Counted from the whole stretch's first letter, positions 1 through 12,559 are shown. The stretch: 63,996 bases of DNA, filler included, from Choristocarpus tenellus KU-1152 (GCA_964200185.2; 14 parts of 14 records of this genome joined end to end with filler, not necessarily neighbours in it), one strand, 5' to 3'. The notes: generated by a model not told the origin, from the sequence alone. Numbers and translations: made by a program.

Positions 1-4
1 GGAT

Positions 5-828
5 GAGACAAAGCATCTTAGAGGGTAGGGGCGCGTCCATTTGAGGGCCAAAATCCAATGTTGCAATTTTGATGTAATTTTGGCTATCATGTTTGTTAGG
101 AGATGTCAATATCCTTGTTCCAGACACTCCATTTCATAATGTATACATTTTACCTACTCCGAAACATTTTGGAGTAGGTAAGATATCATTATAAACCCAT
201 GGGAAGCCAAAGTATCTTAGAGGTTACGAGTTTCTATCTGTTTGTCCGTTTGGGACTTGGCTTCCCACGGGTTTTTTATTACTTGTTCCTACTCCGAAAC
301 ATTTCTTAGTAGGTAAAATATATACGTTATGAAAAGATGTGTACAGAACAAGGATATTGACACTTCCTGACAAAAACAATAGCCAAAATGACATCAAAAT
401 CGCAACATTGGATTTTGGTCCTCAAACGGACGCGGCTATACCCTCTAAGATACTTTGACGAGTTTTGCCCTGTTTGTCCGTTTTGGACTTGACTTCCCAT
501 ATTTTTTACATTTTCCTATTCCGAAATATTTTGGAGTAGGTAAATGTGTATGTTATGAAAAGGTGTGTCGGGAACAAGGATATTGACACTCCTAACAAAC
601 ACGATAGCCAAAATTACATTATATATTGGATTTTGATGTAATTTTGGCTATCGTGTTTGTTAGCAAGTGTCAATATCCTTGCTCCAGACATATCTTTTAT
701 AGTCTTAAACATTTTACCTACTCAAAAATGTTTCGAAAACCGAAAAAGGGCATAAAAAAACAGCGGGAAGCCAAGCCCTGAACGGACAAACAGGGTAAAA
801 TTCCTACAATCCTTAAATACTTTGCATT
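5..828. mobile_element. Cluster of four fused/partial copies of MITE family A (orientations -,+,+,-)
   Basis: TIR core AAAGTATCTTAGAGGGTA at ~10 (variant AAAGCATC) and ~209, and its complement at ~439-456. Internal blocks match the intact copies at 40832 and 56884. Segments are roughly 5-210(-), 209-459(+), 460-630(+), 630-828(-). Confidence 0.85.
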
Positions 829-2723
829 CCTTGCATGTCTTGCACCGCAACTCGGAAGCCACAGTAGTGTCTGTAATCTCCAGTAATCCGTGCTTTTCCA
901 GGTGTCTAATGGCTAATGGGTTGATGTGGCCCGGTATATTGTGCCAGTCATGAAGTGTAAGCTTCTGACTCGTCCTGACCAATGATGCGTTTGCCTTTCT
1001 CTTTTTCCTTCCAGTGTCCCCCTCTCCAATTTTATCTGTGGACCGTTCTGCGAAGTTCTGAGGTAGCTTGTTCTTGATCCTGAGTCCAAAAATTCTCCTC
1101 CTTCTCGTCACAGGGTCCCAGTGCTCAATATTTTGCACGGCATACCAGGTACCCAAAGTACATCCCAAAGAACCACTCTTGACTCCCCATTCTTTTACAT
1201 GTTGTTGATAGTACCATATCCCCTTTCTCCTTAGCCTTCAGGTTCTTATTGTCGTCAAAGGTGCAGGACCCCTTTATTTCTCGTGTATTGATCGAATCCT
1301 CTGTGTATGGCGTGAGATGTACGTTCCCTCCAGAGTAACATAGGAGTTCGATGAGCTAAGCATCGCTCGCTCATCCTCTTTGCTGACCGTTACCTTCAAG
1401 GTTGAGAATGATCGTGCTTGATTCTTGTTTCCACCCCTTTCCTTTTGACGTCCTCCTTGACTGAGTGCCGATGTAGCTGCAGTGGTGAAGAAAATTGCAT
1501 AGCAGACGCCATTCCTTGTGGTTGTTCTGTTAGTGGTTTGACACCAAATGCGAATGATATTCTTTCCATTGATGACCCCATTTGAGACTGTAAGTACATT
1601 GATCAGGATCAGGATACCTCAGTGACCCCCGGTGATTGTCCAACACTTGGTCCCCTATTGTGGTTTGTAGGGTAATTGCGTTTCCGTTCCCATCATGGTC
1701 CAAACGTAGGTATGATGATGGTGAGATAACTGCCTACTTCAGCTCTTGGCTCAAAGTATCTAGGGCGGTGGGTAGGGTCTACACCAGGGTGCCCATTCGG
1801 GCCATGGCCACGAGAAGTGCACTTACATTATCCACCCAACGCATGCAACCAAATCACTCAAACATCGTTATATGGAAAAATGGGCCCCGAACGAACAGCC
1901 GCCACCCCTCCCCCCAGATACTTTGAGCCTCCTCGTAGCTTATATTGGGTCTTGTGATCAGCTGTGCGAAAATACTGGGCATGGCGTCCTTGATACCCAA
2001 CAATATTGAAGCTTTCTTAATGTTCTCTGGCCCCCTTTCCTTCAGCTGCTCGGACTCCTCGAATATCCATTCGAGTTTGACTTCAAAATCCGTACAATCT
2101 GTAGTCGACAAGCACTCTAGTTCCTGGAGGCGTGTTTCCAGGGTGATAATTTGCACGGGGACCTCATCCCCCGCGCGGCCTCCATAGATTCGTCCGAATT
2201 CCATCCAGCTCCTCTGCCGTCTGGGTTCTCATCGTTCTCAAATCGCTTCACAATTGCTTCCGTTGACCCTCTTGTCGCTTGGACCAACAGAAACCACAGA
2301 GGTCTGTTGATCTTCTCGTAGTGCTGTGTGCTATTCATTCCTGACCTGTAGGTGTCTCTGAGAGTTTAGGGACCACGTATTTCGCCGTAGAATGTCGTAC
2401 AGATCCTTTCCACTGGGATAACCTACCACAGATAATCTCTATATTGTCCAGGTCTACACTGGTCGTCCTGGTGCTCCAGTCCACATGGGCAACTTCTTCA
2501 TGCCGTTTTCCATACCGTTGAGGCTCATAACCTGTGCAGATTTAGAATGCTGCTTGTGTCAGTACGGAAGGAGAGAAAAGAAAGAGATGGGGGCCTCACA
2601 CGATTTCCCCTTGTTGAACGTGATGAGATGGTTAAGAAGAGAAGAGGGATATTGTTATAGATGATGGGTCATTATTTAGCACCTGTTGCTTCTAGAAGGA
2701 ATCAATAAAACCGAACACTTACA
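829..2723 (-). mobile_element. Degenerate Ty1/Copia LTR retrotransposon, 5' part (LTR, PBS, gag, GAG-pre-integrase)
   Basis: On the minus strand, LTR end ...TGCACA is followed by PBS GGTTATGAGCC (2522-2532). Gag peptides (LWFLLVQATRG, IYGGRA, LLGIKDAMP) are collinear with the copy at 17198-18055. WHNIPGHIN...CKTCKECK zinc motif at ~825-950. Several stops and frameshifts. The outer LTR boundary is a guess. Confidence 0.85.
1748..1929. mobile_element. MITE family B copy inserted in Copia gag
   Basis: TIRs GGCTCAAAGTATCT..AGATACTTTGAGCC; flanks TCTT/TCCT (4-bp TSD with one mismatch). Removing it restores the gag reading Y-E-E-L-K. Confidence 0.85.
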
Positions 2724-3257
2724 GCACTCCTAGAATACGCCATCAAGATATAGAAATAAAACGTCTCGAATATGTGGACATCAAAGCTCAGAATTGATTC
2801 TCTATATATCCTGCTGAAGTAGTACCAGAAGCTTCTCCCCCTCTGCAATCTTGTTTTTTTTCACCGTGTCACCACAACAGCTACCAGTTTGTCCTCGGGC
2901 ACTCACAGGAACAGCTGTTACAGCTTGCCCCTCAGAACTCACCTCCACAGGATATGCAACTCAAATCCAACGACCTTAAAACGACGCTACGCGGGAGTCC
3001 ACAGATGATGACCACGTACGGTGTCAGTTGATGCTTAGCTCAGTCAATGTCTTGCTTTTTGCGTTATCAAAAGAGATAAGGATCAAGAACTGAGTGTGTG
3101 GTCATCCGCACTCAGCCTTTTATTAACATTATTCACCATTTTTCTACAGCCAAAGAGTTAAATGAAGTCTGCAAACTGCTATGTAGATACTTCAATCATA
3201 AATCTTTATTCTGCAACTTACAGGAATTGACATCTATTCTGTAAGATTATGTTAGCA

Positions 3258-3357
3258 NNNNNNNNNNNNNNNNNNNNNNNNNNNNNNNNNNNNNNNNNNN
3301 NTTAATTAATTAANNNNNNNNNNNNNNNNNNNNNNNNNNNNNNNNNNNNNNNNNNNN
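3258..3357. other. Artificial contig linker (first of 13)
   Basis: 44 N + TTAATTAATTAA (stops in all six frames) + 44 N. The same linker starts at 7583, 11536, 16144, 19360, 22222, 25133, 27893, 43488, 46518, 51246, 58356 and 61305. Confidence 0.98.
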
Positions 3358-3974
3358 GGTACCATCATCGGTACGGTACCATCGTCAACGATTCTGTACC
3401 AAAAAAAAAGGAGGGGGTGGGGGGGTATCCATAGCACACAGATCAAAAAACGTCTACAGGAGGAGGCCGGCTGTTTTTTGTTTTTTTTATGACCTTGTAA
3501 CTGTAAAGCCTCTGCCGTACAGCGACCGGGGCGATGGCATCAGGGGAGCTCAGTTCCCATTCAAAACAACCATTCAATGCTAAATCCGCGCTCCTAAGAT
3601 CATACACATTGACTTTTAAAAAAACAAAAATAAAAAATGGGGGCAGCAGCAAAGGGCCCATAACGTACACAATAATAATAATAATAATAACAATACACCA
3701 GTTATAACACCCAAACCAAAAAACAGGCTACCTCAATGCACAGCGCATGCATGCCAGCAGGTGGTGCACTACTTCTTAATTTGAAGGAATGCATGTATGT
3801 GATGTGTATGGGACATGGAGGCGTGAAATGCAATGAACTAAAAAAAAACAAAAGCATGAGCGGGGTCGCAGATCTGCTGTCTCTCTTTTTTTCATTAAAA
3901 AAAAATATTTTTTCATCTCATCTCATCTCATCTCATCTCATCTCTCTCTCTCTGTTCCACTCCCTCTCGATTAC

Positions 3975-4100
3975 CTTTGTTCACGGCATCGCAGTGAGCC
4001 TCCAGCTGTCCAAACAGGGTGTAAAGAGGGCCCGGCAACTCCGCGGCCTGGTGATGACGCCCTCGCCTCATTGAAGGCTTCAGCTTGGGCATGTAACTGT

Positions 4101-4140
<40 letters not shown>

Positions 4141-6637
4141 AAGCGACATACACACACACACACACACAGACAAGCACGGACTAGAATATCGACCCGAGGG
4201 AGAGCCTTCTCATGGGGTAGTTGCCTATTTGGTTGCACATCCCCTTGTTACAGAGGTGAGGCGATTAGCCTACAAAAAAATAAAATATGTCACATATTTT
4301 TTTTCCTTACTGTCACGCAGGCAAGAGATCAGTCCTTACACATATCACACATCCTTCTAATGTACAAAAATAACATAAAAAAATTGGACAGTACTTTTGG
4401 TACACATACAGAAAAAAAAAATACATACACACACACACTGTATATATATATATATATATATCCCAACTGGCCTCACTGTTGTTTAGCGCAGGGGGACCGG
4501 CCAGGCCAGGCCACAAAAAGGAGCCCCAATGCAGTGGGGGCGAGGAGAAGGGGGTCAACCATGAACACACAAAGGAGAAGCCAGAGGGGCAACGGCGACC
4601 TCTTTCGTATTCAAGCATTGCAGAAGGGATGAGCTCTCAATCCCCTCAATCCAGAGCCAAAACAGGACAGCGGCTTCAAGGGCGGGGCGGGTGAATTTTT
4701 TTCAATCTTCAATTCATATCCCTTTGCACTATCCTCACCGCTGAAGGGGCGCAGTGGATTTTTCCACATCGCTGAGATATCCGGGTAACTTTTCCAGGAA
4801 TTTTCTCTGTTCGTCCACGGCCTTGTTGTTGCTATCCACCCTGATCTTGGCCTCGTTCAGCTTCTTCTTCATGCTGCAGGAGAGTGGGGTATCGAGGATT
4901 ACATGGAGTGCTTCGCTCTTACTCACAGTAGTTGCTTCACCTCGAACATGAGAGGGGAAAAGGAGGGCGATACGCGGACATCACTGCTATCAAAAATCCC
5001 AAGACACACCCTTGCAGCCCTTGAAGACTCCGGTCGATTCAAACCTAAATGCGCTCGTGCTGTACAGTACAGCGCAAGTCTTCCTAGTCAAACGCCACTC
5101 CCACAAGCGTTTGCAGAACACCATGCCACAACAAACTTTTATCCTGTTTGAAATCGATAAGCTTGGGGCACTGCTATGTACCTTGCAATTAGTTTTTGCA
5201 CCACTCATATAAACACACAGTAGAGGACTGAGCCCTGGAACAGGAGAGGAATGGGGTGTGCGGGCGTATGGGCTGAGGGAGGGGAGAAGGAGTTCATGCC
5301 TGCATAACTCTCTGTAGTAGTTGTACTCATGGTACAAAATACTGCACACTAACCAACACTTTGCCCTTGTTACTAGGCCGAACTGTACTTACAAGCGTAG
5401 ACAAGCCAGGGATTCAGCACATGTGACGTGCAGGCTACGATTGCTCACCTTTTTCGGAGCTTGAGTTGCTGAGCCAAGATGTTAAGGTTAGTTTGATGTT
5501 GCTCTTCTGTCAAGAGTCTGTTGAGACCTTCCACGAAGCTCTCCCCCTCATCCTCTTCCATCTTGTCAACCTCCTTCGTCCTGACCATTCACAGGCACGT
5601 TTCCTATTCTTAGTTACAGCGACTTGCCCGTTTCCACTTGTCAGCACTAAATTTTATTACTTCATTGGGTGTGGTCGGCTTATCACGTCCCGAAATACAG
5701 AGGATTCATAGGGATTTTCGCCGCTGCATCGATTTGCCTCTACACACAAAAATCAAATTACCATGAACGTACGACGATCTCTGACAAAAGATATCATGAG
5801 AGTCTTGCGATTCCCTATCTTGCTCTTAGGATTTGGCATTCACCTACTTTGTCGGCTTGGGTGGCAATACAATATTTCATCAAGTATGTTCCACACCCGC
5901 TAATTCCCGCCTCCCATCTCTCAATCCCAAATTCCAGTGGCCTGAAGATTTTACTGTGTATATACCCTCTCGGGCCCCATCACAGACAGAAGTGTAAGGG
6001 GAGAGAACGAGCTATTACGGTCGAAGTCCTCCGTGCCGAATCGAAGCTTGTGTGTGAGATCTCACGTGAAATCACGGCAGAGCTGGGTTTCACGCAGGAG
6101 GTGGTCTCTCTCGTAGAGGAGGTTCTGCAACTGAAGATGATACGAGTCCATCTCCTTCTTGCACATCGACACATTATTCCTAGATTGCGGGTCAGTAGAC
6201 GAGGCGAATGCATTAACAAACTTGATAAACAAGGGTGAAGTACGTTGTGAGCAAGTGACCAAAAGAGTTTCCTTCCAAAAAGGTTCAAACAATGTTGATA
6301 AACCTGAGAGGAAACGGCAAAGCTTGAGAGCAGCCCAAGCCATGAGTTCCACAAACACAGCAATTCCGCCCAACGCTCGCAAGAATAAAAATAATAGTAG
6401 CTCGACAACGTCAAACAGATCGTCCCTAGACCTTCTTCACCTGAAGCCTTCAATTGCGATGTGACTTTTTCTGCTTGAACTCTTGAGCTCCGTAAAAATC
6501 ATCTGCGCCTCACATAGATCCCGTGCCAAAGACTTCGAGCTATTTATTCTTGCACCCTTGACTGACTGGGAAGCGAGCGACTTCACTAGCTTTTCCAGCT
6601 CTTTGGTAAGCTTCTCGAAGCGATCCTGGTGTTCCAT
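3975..6637 (-). CDS. THOC5: THO complex subunit 5 homolog, 5' part (5 exons; 3' end not in this contig)
   Basis: Phase-compatible GT-AG exons 6637-6441, 6179-6066, 5580-5449, 4873-4739 and 4096-3975. Peptides MDSYHLQLQNLLYERDHLLRETQLCRDF, HQTNLNILAQQLKLRK, FLEKLPGYLSDVEKSTAPLQ and AAELPGPLYTLFGQLEA fit the THOC5/FMIP N-terminal domain. Alternative in-frame ATG at 6697. Confidence 0.88.
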
Positions 6638-6877
6638 GTTTTGACCAACAGTGTTGGTTGATGTCTGCTTTGTAATCACTCCATCACCTCTCTCCATCCG
6701 CGCGCGGTAGGCACGAAGGCGCGGAGAATATTTAGCCAATCATCAGTGACAGACAAATTGTCTTCCCAGAAGTTGTCCCTTATCCTCAGCCAACCACCAA
6801 CCACCCACTACAAACATCTCACATCGAAGTCGACAACGTCGCACCTTTCAACTTCTCAAAAAACCAGTGTTAGGAAT

Positions 6878-7582
6878 ATGACGGGCGTTGTGGAGAAGAT
6901 ACCAACTGAGGCGAATGAGAAGGTGCGACTCAAGTGAAATCAATCTTTTTGGGTGGTCTTAATCGTCATTGAAGGAAGGGCAGACGTGGTCCTGTCACCA
7001 TTTTTTGCAATATTGGACCTAACGAACTACCCATCACAGAACTCCCACGCACCTGCCCTTGCCAATCTTATCCACTCGCATAGGCTGCGAAAGAGCTGAA
7101 GAAGTTGAAGCGGAAAGAGAAAAAGGCAAAGGCCCAATCAGCAACATCTGCAGCTGAGAACACCCCCACTCGACCAAGGACTCGTTCGATTGACCTTGCT
7201 GAGGCTGAAGCGGCGAAACCCCACAGGCCACGCACTCGTTCTTTTGATGCCGCAGAGGGAAGTCCTGTAGCCACAGAGTCAATCAAGAAGGAAAAGAAAA
7301 AGAAGAAGCGGAAGTTGGATGAGGACAAGGCAAGCAACGAGGGTGTGGATAAGACGAAAAAGGTCAAGGCTGATCCCACCAGTGCTGTTGTGAGCGAGGA
7401 AAAAGACCCCTCAGTACCCACACCAGATGGTTTTCGTAAGCAGAACTTGATCGTTGTAACATCAGAGGAGGAGGGGTTCAAGTGTCCCTCACCAATGTAC
7501 AAGTTCGAAGATACACCGTTCGGCCCCGAGCTTCGTAAAGCCCTCTCCACCGCAGGGTACCCTGGACCTACACCAACACAGG
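6878..7582 (+). CDS. DEAD-box RNA helicase, N-terminal part (truncated by contig end)
   Basis: Exons 6878-6922 and 7084-7582 (phase 0, GT-AG). A Lys-rich N-terminus is followed by the Q-motif PSPMYKFEDTPF...ALSTAGYPGPTPTQ. Confidence 0.82.
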
Positions 7583-8499
7583 NNNNNNNNNNNNNNNNNN
7601 NNNNNNNNNNNNNNNNNNNNNNNNNNTTAATTAATTAANNNNNNNNNNNNNNNNNNNNNNNNNNNNNNNNNNNNNNNNNNNNCCCCCCAGATACTTTGAC
7701 TCCCCCCCCAAAACATTCTACTGTAAATTTCTATTTTCATATACCGACAAAGACAACCGTTGTATACATTTACCGTCTTTGTCTTGTGTCTGTCCGTATG
7801 CATTTCGAAAAGATATTTGAATGCATTTTTTGATTTTTTTTTCTCACTCTGTGAAGCCAGTTGGAACACTACAATACGAAAAAAATACACCTGTGCAAGC
7901 GACGGGGTTCAAGTTCAGCTAAGACAAGAGACGGTAAGACAAGAGACGGTAAAGGGGGTTGACTTCTGAGTTCAGTGAAACTGGAATTGGGGTTCTTAGT
8001 TTTGTTTTCACTCCAGGAGGTTTTGATCGGAAGGTGCCAACGGAGGTTTATTTTATTTTATTTTGTCATGCCGGAGTACGTACGCACTAACAACTAGTAC
8101 TGTATATATTGTAATATCCAGAGACTCTCAAATCGGAGAGAATGTATATCTTGGAACCCACTATATCTCGCTAATATTTTCCTGAAAGTTCTTCCTGCAT
8201 AAAATGGAAACTGCAGTCAATATTTCATAACCCTTCGTAGAGTTTGAAATTTCTTTGCAAAGACTTGTGTACAGTTTCCGAACTACCTGTACCTGTCTAT
8301 ATGAAGGAGCTCCGGTGTTTGGTACAAGCTGTAGCTATACACACTATGGTGGATGGAGCGTTTCAATCACTGCTGTGGAGGAATGCAGGCAGGTGCTTCC
8401 TATTTCTAATGTTCTCCATCAATCAAATTCTGTGGGGGGGGGTGTACCCCTTTTCAAGTTGTCCTTGAGTTAGGGTTATGGTTAGGGTTAGGGTTAGTA

Positions 8500-9245
8500 T
8501 TCTCGATCCTGTCCTGTAAGTAAGGCATGCATTGGGTAATATTGACCAAGTATGCCAAGCCGAGGGTAGTGAGAACCTGGTTTGTAGTCACAGACACCCA
8601 GACAGCGCGCTCGCCTCCCAGTGTTGCTCCTGCACTCTCTGCCTGTGTCATGTGATGCATAAGGCCCACTGCATCGTTCCTGCGGTTACTCCAGGGATTA
8701 CCACGCTTCACTTGGCATGAATGTTGGTGTGGGATACATGTGACCTTTGATGCAATTGATTCGCAGCATTGTGGTTGAGTACAGTGAAGAGTATGGTTTC
8801 GTTCCTAGGCTACAGAGGAGAAGACTGGCGAGAGCATGCCCGTAATGGCGACGACGAGCTTGTTGCTGTGTGAAGGACTTCTTCTCCTCCAACTGGAAAC
8901 AGTCTTCTTGTCACTGACGACTCACAGCTGTTGGTTATGAGGTCGACTTCGGGGAAGAGTGTCCCCGACACGGGCAGGGGCAGTGCATTGTCCAGTGTGG
9001 CAGAGCACAGGGGGCAAGCAGGAGGACACATTTGGTGTGGCTTCCATTGAAGGAAATTTCCCTCGGCCTAGAGAGGCTATGGGCTGAACAATAAGGTGTT
9101 GGCGTGAGGGCCACATCCCCAAGAGGATTTTGAACCAGCAAGAAGGAGCTTTCAAAGCAGCCTCTTCGAAGTCAATACTTGTTGTCAGCAAGGGGAGGAT
9201 GTCGAATAATCTAGTGTCATCCTTGCGTTGTCTGTGCTGATGCAA
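8500..9245 (-). pseudogene. Decayed PIF1-like helicase C-terminus (possible Helitron remnant)
   Basis: HRQRKDDTRLFDIL resembles the PIF1 RQxxD..F..L motif. AESAGATL...TLGLAYLVN resembles the late motifs HKSQGxTL...GxAYVAxSR. Frameshifted and degenerate. Confidence 0.45.
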
Positions 9246-12200
9246 GTATATGTAACGTAGGTTTTATAAGTACGGTTTATATTTTATATATTTTATAACT
9301 TGGCGCAGTGTAACGTAGTGACGTGCACATAGTGATATTGGACAATACCCGATGGATGATTAATATTCAGTGTTTCTTTTACCGCATAACTCAACCACTA
9401 GCATTCGGTGACGGGCCTTACATGCGCTGAGATTCCCAACAAAGGACCCTGGAAGTCAGTTCGAAAAACGCAAGACTCAAGAGGGTATTGCGAGCATCTT
9501 TTATCCATCTGGTGTGAGTGTGTTGTGGTGTTGAGTACGCTGTGTGTCACTACAACAGTGTGCCCGCTGTGCAACTGTTGTCTTACTGCGGCTATGCCCC
9601 TATGTTTAGGTCCACGTTTCTCCTTGTAACTGAAGTAATCACTGGCCGTTTTTGTGCTCTCCTTGCTTGGATCGAGTCAAGCCCACATGATCAAGGACTT
9701 TTTAAGACCAGGAGAGCTGGTCTTTCTGGTGGCTCGAGGCGTTGTCTCGTCACTTGGTTTTAGTAAGAGGCCAAAGAAGCTCTTTTTCCAAATCTTTCCA
9801 GATGCAGATAGTAAGTAAGGCCTTACTTAGCACAGTGGAAGGGGGCGACCTGGTGATGGTAGCTTGCATTACAAGCATGGTAAGCGAGGCTCTGGTGAGG
9901 AAAGGGGGGCATTTTTCAGAAGGCGAGATGGAGACACGGGGTGGTGGTGATGATGGTGGTGAAGGGACAAGTCTCCCTCTGCCTCGGTTTGTTGAAGAGG
10001 TAACACGGTTTCCTGATTTGAAGGCAGAAGAGAGTGACTACATAGTGATGGAGATTGCCAGACAAAGGTGAAAATTTAATGTTATTGAGTACCCTTGCTT
10101 CGAGGAGACCAGTGTTGCAGACTGAAACTGTCATGTGGCATGTCCTTCCTCTTGTCTGCACCAACAAGTTCGACAGAGCACAGGGAACATTGAAGGGATG
10201 CAAACGTTGTTGTACCTTAGTGAGTGATACGGGCTGTAAACCTGTGGGCCTCACTTCCTTAAAAAGTCTTCTTCAAAAAAAACAAACAAAACATTTCAGA
10301 CGTTTTTCGAATGCTGTCTTACTTGAAGGCGCGTCCGGTCCAAAAGGGTGACACATGCCATAACGCAGACTTTTTCCTCCCCAAGAAAACAAGCCGAATC
10401 AGGAAGGTGTGTGTTCTTGGCCTGGCACAACAAGGATGTTTTACCTTAATGGGGTTGCTCACCCTGTATTGTATAATCGAGATGTTCCTTCTTCCCAAAC
10501 GACTTCTAATTCCGTGATGTTTCCATGCAGTAACCTTTTGTGATGACTCAAAATTTTGCATACTTTCCATTACGCCTTGAGTCTTCTGCGTGGGGATGTC
10601 AAACAGCGATCAACAATACTGAAAAGAAACTAAAATTCAGTGGAAGTCAAGGTGCAGGGTGCGTGCCCAAGGTGTAAATAAAATGCGGATGATTTTCGAC
10701 TTTTAACCACCTTTGGAAAAAAGAATTTTGAGAAAAAAAAAGAATAATTGATAATCTACTGCACGCCACCGCATGCCCGTGGCATCATCAGGGAAGGGTC
10801 AGCACAAGTTGGACATGCAACAGGAAAAATGCAAGAGGATGGACAAGGGGGGGAAACCGTGTTTCTGTACAGCAGCTACCCAGTGAAGAAATGCGACCAT
10901 GTATATATATATATATTACACACAGATCTTATGAGAGTGTATAGACTCAAAAAAGAAAAACTAGCAACGAGAGGGGGGGCCTACAACCAAAAAAAAGAAA
11001 AAGAAAAAAAAGAGAATTGGAAGGAATACCTTATCTTGTGGAATATCTTTTGCCGAATTCTCCTTACATTTCTAGAGTTGCATATTTATAATTGTTCTCT
11101 TTGTTGAACACTACATTCTCACAACAGCGGGGCGGGGGCAGGCAGCGGGCCGTTGCCATTGTCCCTCTGACTCTACGCCATTTACTGTACTGGGTGGCAT
11201 ATCAGTCTCAGAGATGGGACCCATCCAATAAGCAACAGAAACACTACAATGACTGGGTGCACCGGTCCTTCCCTTGTTTGCAGGCGGGAGCACATGGTCA
11301 GAACTCCTTTCAAACCCTTCAAAAAAACTGTTCCGAGCAAACTATCTTGCCGCAAACTTTAAGACCCTTTGAACATTCCCTTTCAATTCTACATACTAGA
11401 AAAAAAAATAACCCTCCTTTTCCCTCGATTCATTCTGGATACTTCAAACAAAATTCTAGAGTACAAGCCGAAACATGTCCAATGTCTCTGAGATAGGCAT
11501 ACAGCATGGACAGGATGAGGTTGAGGGGGTGGGGGNNNNNNNNNNNNNNNNNNNNNNNNNNNNNNNNNNNNNNNNNNNNTTAATTAATTAANNNNNNNNN
11601 NNNNNNNNNNNNNNNNNNNNNNNNNNNNNNNNNNNAACCATCCTCATAGTCCCGCTCCATCCTCAATTTTGGAAATCCACTGTTACTTGTTAAAACAAAG
11701 GTACTTGGATCACACAGTAGTATCAGGAGCCTGGGTGTATATCTGTATTATCTATCAGCTATTCCACTTGTCAATATAAGTTCAAGTTCCTACTGCTAGC
11801 TACTGGCCGTACTGTATGCAAGGTGGCAAAAATATCAAATAGTTCGTGGGTTTACCTAACGGTGAAAGACACGACCAGAGTTAAACTTCTAACTATGCAG
11901 AGATATTCCATGTTGCATGTTACATGCTGGGGTTTCGATGTAGGAGTTATAGGGTTTGTTGAACTTGTACGCTGAGTGAGAGTCCTCCAGTTCAATACCA
12001 CAGATTCTAGCCGCCTATCAGTTCTGACCCATTTCCTTCCACAGTCTTAATATCCTCTCTGCATATCTTTTACTCCCAATAACGTTATGCTTGTAGGGGA
12101 GTGGCTACCTGCTCCACCTCCACCCTCATCGATCATATCCTCCTGATTTTTTTCGGCCCAGTAGTAGAGTTCTCGTTTGTCAGGCTCAACCACTCTTCAA

Positions 12201-12559
12201 TAGTGTGATTTCCTAACAAACCATTCTTGAATTGAATCGTTGGTACGTATTGTGTAGGGTGAAAAGCAACACGATTCTACTTCGCACACACAAAAAGGTT
12301 GTCAGGTTGTGCATGGCAGTCAGTACTTTTTGCCAGGGAATAGCCAACATACATTTGCCAGGTGAAACGCGTCCAACAGTGATATTTCCACTCTCTGCTT
12401 CGCAATTCCGGAAATACGTATGCCACCTCTACCCAATTTGTATCCTGTAAAATATGACCTTACAAATTGCTTTCTTTCTGCAACAACAGTAACTCAATAA
12501 TATTATGGGATGGGCATCCCTAGCACTATGGACGACTGTATCCATTCACAGTGAACCGG

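Noticed and set aside
3302-3313. Recurrent TTAATTAATTAA palindrome and ORFs ending in ..XXXLIN
   Set aside because: Artificial linker between N runs; not biological.
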